Source: Hyphochytrium catenoides (Eukaryota > Protista > Hyphochytriomycota). From it: DNA of 64,000 nucleotides. This document shows, in pieces, positions 1 to 12,629 of the stretch. The stretch is from NCBI GenBank assembly GCA_900088475.1, contig FLMG01000368.1:1-64000 (forward strand), written 5' to 3'. A model generated the notes under the pieces. The model saw only the letters and a program-made list of their open reading frames with translations. It made no database searches and had not been told where the DNA came from. The translations under genes were made by a program, and so were the position numbers. Numbering within the stretch: position 1 is the first letter of the stretch; every line of letters starts with the position of its first letter.

Positions 1-653
1 CTATCTGTCACTCCTTGTTGACGGTCGTTGCTGTCTTGAGGACATCTTCTGTGTCTCTACAACTCTCAGTCAGAGAGTTCCAGATTGACAGAGACTCTGG
101 ATTGATATTTAGAGCTTCAATAGTTTGAGATTTCTGACGAATAGAGACCTTGAACTCTGAATCTAGCGGGGCTTGCACGAAGGGAACTAAGCGCAAGCTT
201 ACACATATCCTACTAAAACAAGGAAGCTGATTGGCTCAGGTTGCCTTTTTTGATGAAAAGTATGTCAGGAGTACTCCTCATTAGACAAACTTAGATGATC
301 GTGCAGCACTGGCAGACGCATGCAGCTTCAGCTTGAGAAGGAGAGACTGTACCAGCTCCTCACCGTAGAGTCCGCGGTTACCTCCTGGATCCCAGATAGT
401 GGACCTGGCGCCCATGCCCTGGTGACTTTGGCAATAGCAAGGAAGTAGTATACTGGGTCGCACGCCAAGAGCAGGATAATAACAGATCGGCGGAGGAACC
501 AGAAGACACGCACGCTGAAAAGCCGGAACAGAGTGATGGAAAGAGAGAGACGAGAGCTGGGAACAGCTGATCTCGCTCGCGGCAAGACTTAGCTAGCAAT
601 ATGTTCACGGGTGTATCTATGTTACATTTAGCAAGCTAGCGAATCTACCAAGT

Positions 654-3524
654 CTAATAGCGTCTCTTCTGCAGACAGAGCTTGGTCCAGGCTTTCATAT
701 CAATCGGATGAGTTTCAGGTGTCGCGGTCTCATCTTCCTTCCATATCTTAATAGTCTTGTCCGCCTCACAAGTAATGAAGCGGCTGAGAATCACCGAGAG
801 AATCAGTATCCCTACATTAGAACTCAACGCCCCTTGATAGCAAAAGCCTTACCTGCCCGTCATGTCGAAGGTGGAGGCAAAAATACCGGCCTCGCTATCC
901 AAAGACCCTATAAAGATGCAGGGAAGGATGAGTTATATTGAGCGCTTAAGAGACAGTGGGGACTCGGACAAACGCACGAACATTATACGGAAGTAGGGAG
1001 AGGTGATCAGGGTAATAAGGGCCAACGACAGGTCCTTAAGCTGTGGAAGGAAGGATGCGTGACCGACTAGCAGACCGAGTCGAGTTGACAGGGAGACAAA
1101 AAGAAGGAGAACAGATGAGCTTCCACAGCTAGATGGGTCTTACCTGGTTGCACGATAGTCTCACTCTTAGCAAAGTTGTACCCTGACGAGTAGTCCCAGA
1201 AATAAAGCGAGCCATTATCAGCACCAGAGACGAGAACATTGTCCTGGTTGGCAGCCAAAGTGTTCACAATCGCATTGTGGCCCGACAAGTTCTTTAGAAA
1301 TTTGCCGTCTCGGGCACTCCACTTTTTCAGATTGTCCGCAGCTCCTGAGACAAAGGTGTGTTCCTGAATGTACAAGATAGATAGACAGACAAGGTCCAAT
1401 GGCCAGACCCCAAGTTTAGCGTGCTTGCCACTAAGAAAGGGCACAGCCATAGCCCCAGTAATTGAATGCCAGTAGCCGGAACAGTGGGTCATTGAAGACA
1501 GTGTGTGATGCAGACCCATGAAGCCGTCCTGCCAACGGAGGGAGGACCGACGACTCAAGGCGAAGGATATCTCATCTTACCACTGGGTTCATCACAAGCG
1601 CTCTGACAGCCTTCTTATGGTTCGTTAAAGTTGCCATTGATTTCCCTGCCGCTAAATCCCAGAGCTTGAAAACGTCTCATTAGTCAATTGGGCTTCTCAC
1701 GAAAGTTCCTTGAACATGCCATTCTGGACTTCGAAGTCCACACCCTACCTTAATCTGGTTATCGTGAGATCCGGTGATCACTTGTGGATCCGTGGTCTGC
1801 GTCAAAATGGAGGCGACAGCATCTGTATGGCCTCCCAAGACATGAATTTGCTGCTTTGACCTCATATCCCACACCTTAAAACAAACAAGAAGAAGAGGAA
1901 GAATGATGAAGGTGAGGGTCCACAAAGCACTCCGTGAGTCAAAAGACAATTCACTAAGTGATGGAGATGCAATGGAGCGGCGAGATAACCGTCTGCCTAC
2001 ATGAGCCCCCGCTTGCTGGAAAGCAAAAAGAAGATACACAGAACAGCTTCCGGACGAGAAAAAAGAAAGACAACACGTGGTCTTGGCTTACTCTTCCAAC
2101 AGAGTCTCGGCCTCCGGAAATCAGAATGTCTAGCGTCGGATGCAGTGCTAAGGAGAAGACTCCTGATAGATGGCCATGGTAATGCCGGATGACCTTGTTA
2201 TACTCTAAGTCCCAACCTAATAGAGGTCCCGAAGCACTATCAGAAAGCAGTGGTGAACGAGGAGGGCAGAGGCCATGTCGGGAAGGGGAGAACCATCGGG
2301 CAGGCAGACTGAGGAGACAAAGCTGCAGAGAGACCCACATTTAACGGTCTTGTCCTCTCCACACGAGAAGAGGTAAGGATGCCTTGCACTGACCGCAAGT
2401 CCTCTGACAGTGTTGATGTGACCTGTCAGGGTCAACTTCAAAGTACCCGAAGCCAGGTCCCAGATCTAACTCCAGGTAAAATAATGAGAAGGCAGACAAA
2501 AGCACTAGCATACTTCCCTCTCTTGGCCCTTACTTCGTTGTCCTCTCTAACACGCTAAATAACTCTCCTAGCCCTATTCTCTCTTGCCTCTCTTCATCTC
2601 TCTCTCGCTTTCCATCACCGGTTCTAGCCACCCCGACCGTTCAGTCTCCTTCGGACTTTTTTGCTAGCTTTCGCACCTTAATGGTCCTGTCAGCTGCACC
2701 AGTGGCAAACCATTCATTTGTAGGGTCCATTGCCACGGAACGCACCCAGCCCAAGTGCGCCGAAATGACGCGCATGAGTTTCCAAGGCGCATGCCATTCT
2801 GTAGGGCGTGACGGTGAGACTTACGGCTGAAACTGCGAAGATAGCATTTGGACTTGTTCTACCTGGTACGGGTACAGATGGGGGTGCTCTTCGAGCGACG
2901 AGTGCCCCTGACATGGCCTTTTGACCTGGTGCTGCCCCTGTCTGCCTGGGCTGGTAGGCAATAAGTCCTGTGCTTTCTGGTTGTGATCTAGAAAGAAAAT
3001 TGAAGGATGAGTGCTAAGATTCCGGAATAGAAGGAATGAAAACGGTGAAGAACGCGTACTTTTTAGCCTGCTTCTCGTCTTCCTTGATACTCTCAATAAC
3101 CTTATCCACGGTGGACACAGGAATCTTTGAGGGAGGAGCTGAAGACAATCGTCAGTCGACCGAGATGAGGGCAGCGGCGCAATGAATGTGATAATACCTT
3201 CTGCTAAGGCTTCACTGGGTTCCTCACCAGTCTCGCTAGGCTCTTCCCCTTGTCTTGCTGCTGGCACTGGAGGTGGTAGGTCCTTGACTGCTTCATATTC
3301 CGCTCTAATCTTTGATCGAACCTTGATCTTTTGACTGCACGTAGTAGCCATCAGTTCATAACTTTCCCCTCTAATCACTAAGCTCACTACCTGGGGAGGT
3401 GTTCAGCTACAGGAAGACCAAGATCGGACTGAAACATGGCTCTTGTCCGCTTGATGGACAGTAAAACCTTCTCTTGAAGCATTCCAAGGTCCTCTTGCCC
3501 CACGAGCTGCTCGGTGGCAGCCAT
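654..3524 (-). CDS. PLRG1: Pleiotropic regulator 1 / Prp46 WD40 spliceosomal (NTC) protein, multi-exon
   Basis: The spliced translation runs MAATEQ...[78 protein letters not shown] and [15 protein letters not shown]...[27 protein letters not shown] is at 3524, TAG at 654-656, and the introns checked are GT-AG. Confidence 0.95.
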
Positions 3525-4365
3525 TTTGCCTTTAGGACCTGTCCTGATCTCTAGATCTATATCACTTCCCTGATCTCAAAAAGTGGTACGTTCTAGGCTT
3601 ATATAGGGCTGACGAATCCTTGCTCCAGCTGCTTGCGTCGGCCCAAGCAAAGTCCACTTCACTTCAGAAAAGAACAGGATGGAGGTAGCTGTAGCTGTAG
3701 CACTTGGCAGACCTTTGCCACGTCTGGAAGCTTGATCTGAAGCTTTAGATGATCTTTGAACGGCCGAGTGATCTGAGGTTTGTGATGATGGGAAAGGAAC
3801 TCAGCCTGCAACTTTCTCTTCCACTCTCCACATCCTAATCGCCGCTTGTCTTCTTACGTCAAACTCTAAACAGTGAGATGTCGGCTTATTGGAAGCCATA
3901 GAATAAATAAAGTGAAGTGTAGATTATAAATCCCCATGAAGCCGTTAACGGCATTGACGGATGGATTCTGATTGACGGACGGTCTGGATCCAAAGAACCT
4001 GCCGGCCAAGGTCCGATGAGGGACTGCTGAAGCTTATTAACGCTGACTATCTGCGGGCCGAAGGTGGAAGAGCTATTGCCTCGACGGATTGCTCTCATGC
4101 TCGCATCATGGGCAGGTAACCCCGGGCGTGCAATAGGAAGAAGCGAAAGTAAACGATCACCCTTGCGATACGAGAAGATGCGGCGGGGAGATCATGTACG
4201 AAAGGGCATGGGACTGCCTTCACCAGGGATTCCAAAGACAATGCTTGCCACTGAATGCTGGGAACCTGCTTTGCAGGATGCAAGGGCAAGGTAGAGGTAT
4301 GGATTGATTATGTGGATTTCATTCGACAGATATATAGCGGAAGGTTCCTATACAGCGAGCCAGCC

Positions 4366-4428
4366 TTAACCTTCTATGTACAGACGGTTTATAGACATTA
4401 ACCTTCTATGTACAGACGGTTATAGACA
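4366..4428. repeat. Tandem duplication of a 31-32 bp unit (ttaaccttctatgtacagacggtt(t)atagaca x2)
   Basis: Two adjacent copies differ by a single T. Confidence 0.9.
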
Positions 4429-4685
4429 TTTACGAGAGCTCAGACAGGGGCGGGCTCCCACGACCCAGCTTAGCACACACAAATAATTGGACAATCAACT
4501 TTGCCATATGTTCGAGACCAAGAGGCACCAAGAAAGCGCCAGGATGGTCGGCCCTAAGTACCCAGGCCTTGATGTTCCTTTCCTGTGGGAGACAAGGGTG
4601 AAAGCCTATAAGTCCCACACATCTTTTCCTGAGCTCATGGTGTTAATGAAAAGGTCCAATGCTAGAGAGCGCTTGGGGAAAAGGC

Positions 4686-5304
4686 CTATGCCTTGCAAAG
4701 GTGCTTGTGGTCATATCTCCAGTGTATTTTCTGGCAATCTCTTGAACAATATTTCGTCCCATGGCACTTTCCGCAGGACAACAGCTTCCCTTTGTTCACG
4801 CAGCCATAGTTGCTGCAGAATGTCTTTTGCAAAGAGCCCCAGTCTGCGGCCGGAAGTTGGGCCTTTGCGCGAGCCTTATGAAGATCTCGGAGGCACTCTA
4901 CGGCAGCTGGGAGATCAGGATCATTACATTCCTTGCGTAGTTTGAGTCCCTCCTGAGCCACTTTTTCAGCCTAAGTGTGTGAGAGAAAGATGGTGAGAAG
5001 AACTCCTTCTCCGCAGCTGTGATCGCGTGATTCCTACCTCGTCAAACATCTTGAGCATAGTGTAAGCGTCTGCAGCGTTGACGAGAGGAATAGAGACATA
5101 TACTTTGGAGAGGTTAAGCTTCATTCTTAGTCGCAAGCACTCGTTGTATAGGTCTACAGACTTCTTGTAGTCGCCGCTCTTGAGGGCCATGCAAGCGGCA
5201 TTTGACAGCTCCACAGCCTGCATCCGTCGCATGGCGTCCTCTGGAGACACACCAAGGTCAATAGACCCAGGGCTTCCTGCTCGCCCGCTACGGAAGCCAA
5301 ACAT
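4686..5304 (-). CDS. Small TPR-like helical + MYND zinc-finger protein (2 exons)
   Basis: Exon 1 is TPR-like (ALKSGDYKKSVDLYNECLRL...LVNAADAY). An intron at about 4971-5037 joins it in frame to the MYND pattern CSNYGC...CGKCHGTKYCSRDCQKIHWRYDHKHLC. Confidence 0.8.
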
Positions 5305-5532
5305 CTTTCGCCTTTATAGCAGGGGTAAGACTAATCACGATACGTCCCTAACTGATCTCCGGTCTGTGAAAAAATGATGTGAGGAGTAGATGTTGATGTT
5401 TGTTCAGCTGCTGGCCCTGGCTTCAGAAGCCAGAAAGCTAGGAATTGGACGGCGGCGAACAATGACTTCTGGAGAGTGCAGCAGCAGCATCCTCAGCAGC
5501 AGACAAAGCTCCGCAAAGCTCCTGAGTGGGCT

Positions 5533-5620
5533 GAACTGCCGCTCTGCAGCTGGCAGAACTGCCGCTCTGCAGCTGGCAGAACTGCCGCTCCACAGCTCGC
5601 AGAAGTGCTGCTCTGCAGCT
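5533..5620. repeat. 23-bp tandem repeat, about 4 copies (gaactgccgctctgcagctggca), internally quasi-palindromic
   Basis: Two identical copies are followed by two diverged copies, in the intergenic region between divergent genes. Confidence 0.85.
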
Positions 5621-5749
5621 GATGTGCTTGATGCTTCTTTCTTCCCTTTCAGAGATCAGCATTAGGAATGCAGCTGTTTATTTATTTGGAATGCTATGGG
5701 GTGGTAGCTGTTACTGTACAGTACATGTCTGGAATCCTTTGGCTCTATT

Positions 5750-8700
5750 CTGAATTATGGCATACATGTCCACTTTGGGCTTTTCCACTTTCCCACTTTC
5801 CCACTTGCGGGCGATTCCAAATCCGTAATACTCTTTTGGCTTTTGTCAAGAATACAGTACACAGAATTTTCCCTTGTTCCTCTCTTTCTGATCTCAGTGC
5901 TCGGGGCAGCTCCTCTTGCGGAAGCTTCAACCTCAGCGCTGACGGAGGACAGAGATTATCGGCTTTTGAGACAAAGATTATCGGCTTTGGAGTCAGAGAT
6001 CAACGGCCCTCTAGGAAGGAGAGTGTAAGCGTGAAGTGGCTTTGAGGGTCTATAATTTTTTAAGAGGAAAGGAAGGGGCAGGTGAATCGGGTGCGGTTGC
6101 GAATGGGAAGCTAGAGGCTTTTCACACAGAGAGTCCAGGCATCTTGTAAGGATGACCCTGCTAGTGACAGAAGCTTGCAGCTATGATGAGGGTGACCCAG
6201 GCCCGCTGGGTCTTAACTACCTCGCCTTTCACTATTGCACCATGAAGGATATGCCGATCATATCCTTTTGCCTTCTCGCAGCTTGGCTCTTGGTCCTTTT
6301 CTTCGTCTGTAAGAACAGTGCTATGCAACTCGCCTTAATACTGTTGTCTAACCGCTGTCTTCTTTCCGCAGTGGGCAGCACCGCTGAAGCCTACCTAACA
6401 CCCATTCTTTCTGATATTTGTGAGAAGGTGAGACTTTCCTCTGGGAGTCAATGTTGACTAGACTGCCTAGCTCAGATAATGTCTTTTCCTTTCATTGCCC
6501 GCTAACTGATGCTTGTCTTGCAGCTAAACCTCTCCTACGATGTGGCGGGCGTTACCTTCCTGGCCTTTGGCAATGGGGCGCCTGACGTCTTCTCTTCTCT
6601 AGCCGCTTTCAGAAGGGGTTCAGTGGAGGTGGGGATGAATGCTCTGCTAGGAGGAGGAGCCTGTATAGTGACGCTAGTAGTCGGGCTCGTGGCGATCTGC
6701 ACGGATGTACACATCCTCCCACGAGCCTTCATCCGAGATGTCTCTTTTTACTTTGTCGGTGAGTCATTAACTCGGCTTCCAGGCCATATCGCTTGCTAGT
6801 ACTGCTTCTGCTGCGTCCGCGTGGCAACCTACTAAAGCCAAGCCTTTGTTTACTCCTGGTCACTCTGCCGCCCCTTATGGACCTACTCCCTTAGTATTTC
6901 GTCCTGTCTGACACTGTCTTCGTCGATCCTTCATATGACATTTGGAAACCAGGCCTTCTCCTGCTACTCATCATGGGTCTTTTGGGGCAATTCACACTGC
7001 ATTGGGCTCTGGCAATGGTTGGACTCTACGTGACTCATGTGGTGGTTGTCGCCTGGATGGAGAGACAGCATCGGGAGAAGAAACAACTCGGCAAGGCTTT
7101 TTCGGAGCCTAGCTACCAAGAGGTAGGAAACCCCAGATGTGTGCTGTTTAGCGCTTGCTCGGTGACCTTATCCAGGGGACCCGTTCTCATCCATCCAGGG
7201 GACCCGTTCTCATCCTATACTTGATACATGTCAGGTCCCATTCCTTGACCCTGCGCCTCTCACTCTTGCATAAGTGTCAGCACTTCAGCTTACACTACTA
7301 TGTGTTCGGAAGAGTTTCTCTCCGCCGCCGTAAAGACGTGCGTCTGTTACCTCTCCAAGTCTGCTGTGGTCCCCGCCGATGTTCTTGCTGCCTAACGAGT
7401 CTCTGGTCTTTCTGCAGGCTGAAGTAGGTGGCGCTGACTGGGCTGGCTATTGGCATAGTCCTCTCGAAGCAGCTGAAGATGATGGTCCTTCCAAGCCCAA
7501 ATACACGGCTTATCATTTCTCAACCCGAAACCCACCGTCCCTTGCAATCCCTCCATCGTTGTCAGGAACAGACCGAAAAGAAAGCATGACATGTCTTCTA
7601 GGCGAAGAATCGGTCTCTAACCTCATTGTTGACTACTTTGCGGCTGTGCCGCAGGCAGTGAAGCTGGAAACTAGTAAGAGTCAAGACAATGAAGGTAAGA
7701 AATTGCACCACTCCCACATGGTGACTGTTCGAGCTGTTGCGCTTTCCCTTCACGTCTTGTACATGGTATCCCTTACATGCCGCCCTGTGTCGAATCTTGA
7801 GCAGAAGATAAGCCCGAAGTAGAAATATCTTTGCTAGACAACCAGGAGAAAACCCTCCACGATGCGTGGAAGAGCTCAGCTCTTCGATTCGCAAAGTCCA
7901 GCCAGTCCTTCATGGCTTCTCTGTACTGGTCTTTGCTCAAAGTCCGAGGCGAGTCTCGTCGCCGCCATGGCTCTCTCTTTGAGAAGAGAGATGTGCTGCA
8001 CTCTTTCTTCGCCATTGTAGAGATTCCTCTCCATTATGCGAGGAAGTGGACCATTCCTATGGTAGATCCCGAGGATTTCTCGCGGCAAATGGCCATCGCC
8101 TGGTCCCTGGCTTGTCCACTATTCACTCTCTTTGCCCTGGGCATGCTAGAAGCAACTATTAGAGGTACGTACTAGAGATTCCGTGGCCGGGTTTGGAATT
8201 CTCCCAACACTTAGACGACCTTCCTTGGGCGCATTTGTTTGCAGATGTCGCTGATGGGTTGACTGCTTTGTCCTAATACTAGCCTCTAATACATAATACT
8301 TCTCCTTCCTATGTTTAGGCTTGGAACGCGTACTTGTGGCACTATCCGTAGGAGCTGTGGCGGCAACGGTGTCTTATCTGCTTCTGCACCGTCAACGGGT
8401 TCCAGATAACTCCACAGCAGTGGTAAGGACCATCCTACCTCCGTCCTTATGTCTTCAATCACCTTAAGCATGAGAGCCTGTAAAGCCATATGGACCTTAT
8501 GCTCTGCTTTGATATTATGTGTGTCTTTAACGCTCTAACCTCCTCCTACCACTCTGTCTATGGCAGCTCTTCATACTCATGGCAGGATTCGCAATGAGCA
8601 TTGCATGGACGTACCTGGCAGCAGAGGAGGTAAGGGATCGGGAGACTATTTGTCCTCGTGATTGCGTGGGGGATGCTCAAGGGGACCCTAACCTTCCTGA

Positions 8701-9467
8701 TCTTCTCTCTGCCTTCTCTATCTGTCACAGTTGATGGCTCTGCTGACCGCCATGGGGGAAATTGCTGGCATTGACGACAGCGTGATGGCCCTCTCCATCT
8801 TAGCTATAGGCAACTCTTTAGAGGACTTAATCAACGACCTTGCAGTGGCACGAGCCGGTAAGCACAATCCTTTCCCTTTGCCCCAAAAAATTATTGCCCG
8901 GTCTTACGCTCTTCCCTTTGCTCGTACTTGTGTGTGATCTACAGGAATGGCGGACATGGCGCTAGCAGGTTGCTATGGCGGTCCCGGCTTTAATTTACTG
9001 ATAGGACTGGGCCTGTCCATGGCTCTTAGATCTCTTAACGGTAAGCAAAGCACTGAGTGTCGGCGAACAAGAGGGGACGCAGAAGAGGTATAGGTGGATA
9101 TAGCGTAGGACATTGAATATAAAGCAATAGCCTAGGAGAGTGATCAAAGGTTCGTTTGACAAGAGAGCCAAACAAGAGAGATAGAAGAATTGGGAAAGAA
9201 CAGCTCTAGGGAAGAGGTAACGGTGATGCAAAAGGAACATGCTCATCACTGGTTGCTAAGTCTTTCCCTTCGACAGCTGAAGGCCCTGTTACCTTCAAGA
9301 TGGACGCCTACTCCTACTTCTCTATCTTTTTCCTCTTCGGCGCGCTGGGGCTTACTTTTTTTGCTGTTAAGAGAAACAACTGGCATCTCTCCCGAGCCCA
9401 TGGCTTCACCCTCTGTCTGCTCTATTCTCTCTACCTCGGTGTCAATATTCTCATGTCCCAGCTGTAG
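5750..9467 (+). CDS. Cation/Ca2+ exchanger, CCX/NCLX (SLC8B1-like) family, multi-exon; start approximate
   Basis: It has the alpha-1 repeat AGVTFLAFGNGAPDVFSS and the alpha-2 repeat ALSILAIGNSLEDLINDLAVARAG-MADMALAGCYGGPGFNLLIGLG. It also has 'RAFIRDVSFY' and a last exon ending ...YLGVNILMSQL at TAG 9465-9467. The 5' exons are uncertain. Confidence 0.88.
7170..7215. repeat. Exact 23-bp tandem duplication in a CCX intron
   Basis: atccaggggacccgttctcatcc occurs twice in tandem. Confidence 0.9.
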
Positions 9468-9523
9468 AATAATAAGATAGTTTTTGTGGCACGATTTTTC
9501 TGACATCTCATTCGTCCTCAATC

Positions 9524-9538
9524 TCTACTCTCTCTACG

Positions 9539-9566
<28 letters not shown>
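9524..9566. repeat. (CT)n microsatellite
   Basis: Visible dinucleotide run. Confidence 0.9.
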
Positions 9567-9569
<3 letters not shown>

Positions 9570-9822
9570 CGCCTCCCTAACCTTTCTGAGAGTTCTACCT
9601 CCATCCCGTGTGTGGCTATGGATAGCACTTCCCTTCCCAGCACTGGGGCCTCTCAACCCCACGACGTCCCAGTTCGTTGTTTGCCGACGGAAACAGAACT
9701 AGTGAACCAGGGTCGAGGTGTAGAGCCAACTTGATAGACTAAGAGAGAGAGAGAGAGAGAGCCAACAGGTCTTAAGGGTAGGTCGCGTGGTTATCTTCTC
9801 GAAGTTCTCCCAAAGGGGTCTC

Positions 9823-12029
9823 TTAGAGTTCCTGCTCTTCACTGTGAACCTTCTCGTTTTTCCGCCGCCGTCGCTGCCTTCTGCTAAAGGCCCAAGCTGA
9901 AAACTCTGCATCTCCCATCTGCGAGAGGTCAACGGCTTCGTCTCCGACTAGGGCAGCGCTTGATCGGTAGCTGTCTAGGAGGAAAGGTTTAGAGCTTTGT
10001 TTAAGAGGGAGCGGGATGCGCCTTCTCCTCCTTTGTTGTCTCCTTCTAAGCGACCACTGCGCATCCTCTTCTGACACTGAAACCTCTGAGACCGAGAGTG
10101 TTTCATCTGCTGGGTGTGCTACGTTGTGATGCTCAGAATTCGTCGCCTGAGCTGCCGTCAGGTTCTTTCCTTCATCTTCCGCCTTTAACTCCTGCGATGC
10201 CTTGGTAGCCGATTCAGCCTTGCGGTCTTTGTCGGCTTTCGATACTTTCTCCTCCTCTGTCTTTCTAAACTCTTCAAGCTCTTTCTCCAGCTTGGTGATC
10301 TCACTTCCTCTTCCCTCTCGAAAACCTGAGGTGAAGGCGGCGAGGGAGGCCCTAACGACCTCGAGTCTGTCCCTCGCCAGCTCCTGCAGAACTGGCCGTG
10401 CGTCCTTCATATCCGTTATTGTCTCTTCCAGGGACCTGTTCAAAGTCTTCTGCACGTCAGGGAGAGATTTCGCAGCTGGACCGAAACAGGATAAGGCGTT
10501 AGTATAAGCCTCCTCTGTCCCTCTGGTGTGACCCAGTCTTCTTCCTCTCACAAGCAGCAAGCCACCTTTACCACGCCATCATCACCTTCATAGTACTTCC
10601 ATCTCTCAGCTGTCTCTCAGCTTCTTACCGTTCACCATTGCCTTGGCTGCACGCTCTGCCCTCTCCTCTTCGACTGTCTTCTCTGGAATAGGCATGTCCC
10701 GAAGCTCGGCAATTGAGGTCTTTGAAAAGTCAACGAACTTCAGCTTTCGACGGTCCTTAGAGATGAAGGAGAGCTGCCAAACATAAAACGTAAGGCTATA
10801 ATATGCCACAATGAGAGAATGTTGCCCATTAGGATCCTGAACTTCTAGCACTAGACGCTCGGGAAGTACTTCCTAGATCGCAGAAAGAGGATAGGCTCTA
10901 ACCCAGGAGAGGAAGGCGAGTGATGCTGCTAACGGAAGCACGTTGAAGTCAGGAATAGCACGGACCAAGGAAGAGAGAGAGAAAGAGGTCTTCCTTTACC
11001 TTCAAGGAGTAGAGATAGTCGCTCCAGCCACGCTTCAATATTGCTAGATGCTCCTGGGAAGAGAGGAGAAGAGGATATTCTTGCGTCAGTGACGGATCCA
11101 TCAACAGAAGAAGGAGAAAGCGGTCAGTAGACAAGAGGGAGGTCAGAGAGAGCACACGGCGGGGATGGGGCGGGAGAAATAGGTGTCGACACTCTTCCGC
11201 CGGAATAGGACAGCAGCAATGAGGAGGCTACCTCTCGCGTGAGGCCAGAGTGGAACACCATCCGGTACAGAGACTGCTTACTACTGAAGCGTGGCTTCAT
11301 CCATTCTGGAAGAGAATCAATATCCTTCGGAGTAGGCAGCGGACGCACCTGCAAAGCAGTAGAAGCGAGCGCGGGAAGGACAAGGTTCAGCAGCTGAAAC
11401 GCAGAAGTTTTGGGAGACGTGGATAACAATGCAGAGTGCACGTGACGACGACTGGCCAGAGAAGGAGAGAGATAAGTGACAGATTCACGATTAAGGGAGG
11501 AGAGCATGGGTATCAAGAGAGATGCCATCGAGCCACTGAAGAGAGAGAACCCCAGTTGGCTAGACAGGCAACAAAGTGATACCATCGGCAAGGGACCCAG
11601 AGCGCAAGAGAGCCTTTCGTTGGAAAGATAGAAGCACAACGGCGACGGGCAACGAGCAAGAGAAGCCAGAGGCGAGGCTAAGCAAGCACGCAGGGTAGGG
11701 AGTGAGCCTCAGCTATAGTATAGAAGAGGCAGAGAGGTAGAGCCGGATCTGATAAAGCTTCTCACGTCATCTATCGCCTCCTTCACATAGTTCCTGCACC
11801 ACTCTACTGTCGCTTTCACGTCCGAAGGCATTGAGCGCAGAACTCTGAAGGTGAACTTCAGCGTCCCTTCCTCATCGGGCCAGTCGAGCCTCCGCCTCAC
11901 CCTCGCCCCCAGATGCCGGCGGTAGCCTCTATAGACTGCAGCCGTGGCCGCCGTGTGCTCCTTGGTGATCCGCCAAGTGATCTTCATGATCTCCCATTTG
12001 GAGATAGATCCTCCTCCTCTGCCTGCCAT
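9823..12029 (-). CDS. Uncharacterised multi-exon protein, possible remote similarity to plant EMB2735-type proteins
   Basis: In-frame GT-AG joins give MAGRGGGSISKWEIMK...YVKEAIDD|VRPLPTP...GLTRE|EHLAILKRGWSDYLYSLK...ELARDRLEVVRASLAAFTSGFREG, followed by a charged tail. The family assignment comes from recalled motifs only. Confidence 0.65.
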
Positions 12030-12629
12030 AGCTGATCTCAACAAAGCTCCGTGAAGAGGAGCGTATGGAGGTACAAGGAACAAGCACTAGCTCCTAGATA
12101 GATAATGGCGCTGAGATAGCCTCTACGGCCTGGGAAGACCAGAGCTTGACTTCAGGATTCGTCAACAAGAAGCCATGGATCTCGGCCCAGCGCGTGCCGT
12201 CCTTCGCTCCGCCCTCTGAACCTGGTGCTCAGCCATTTATCTCTGGCTAGGCCTGCATAGTCTCACTCCTCGACACCAGTTATGGCTCCCGTCTTGCTCC
12301 TTTTGTCTACCGACCAGTCTCCGATCTTCAGAAATCAGGCATCTGAAGCTCCTCTCCAGTCAAAACACCAAAGAGAGCCCTAAGATTGTCGCCTTAGTGC
12401 TAAAAGAATCGATGTAGCTCCAGCTACCTTCCAGCTCCTTTCTGCAAGATTACCCAGAATAATTCGCTTAAAGTGAACTTTGGTGCGGCCAATAAAAATC
12501 TGGGTCAAAAGCTTCAATCTAACCTCAGAAAGAGACGCGGAGATCGTAGAGATCCAGCAGCCTGATAGGTCAAAGGCGAGGCTCATACGAACGCTGCAAG
12601 GAGGAAAACGAGTGAGACTCAGACCAGCC

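Noticed and set aside
1-608. Short minus-strand ORFs at the window start
   Set aside because: There is no recognisable domain or consistent splice path. The region may be UTR or the first exons of a gene outside the window.
4487-4945. 152-aa plus-strand ORF
   Set aside because: It is largely an antisense shadow of the MYND gene and has no motif.
5533-5620. CRISPR-like palindromic repeats
   Set aside because: The units are directly adjacent with no unique spacers, there are no cas genes, and the context is eukaryotic.
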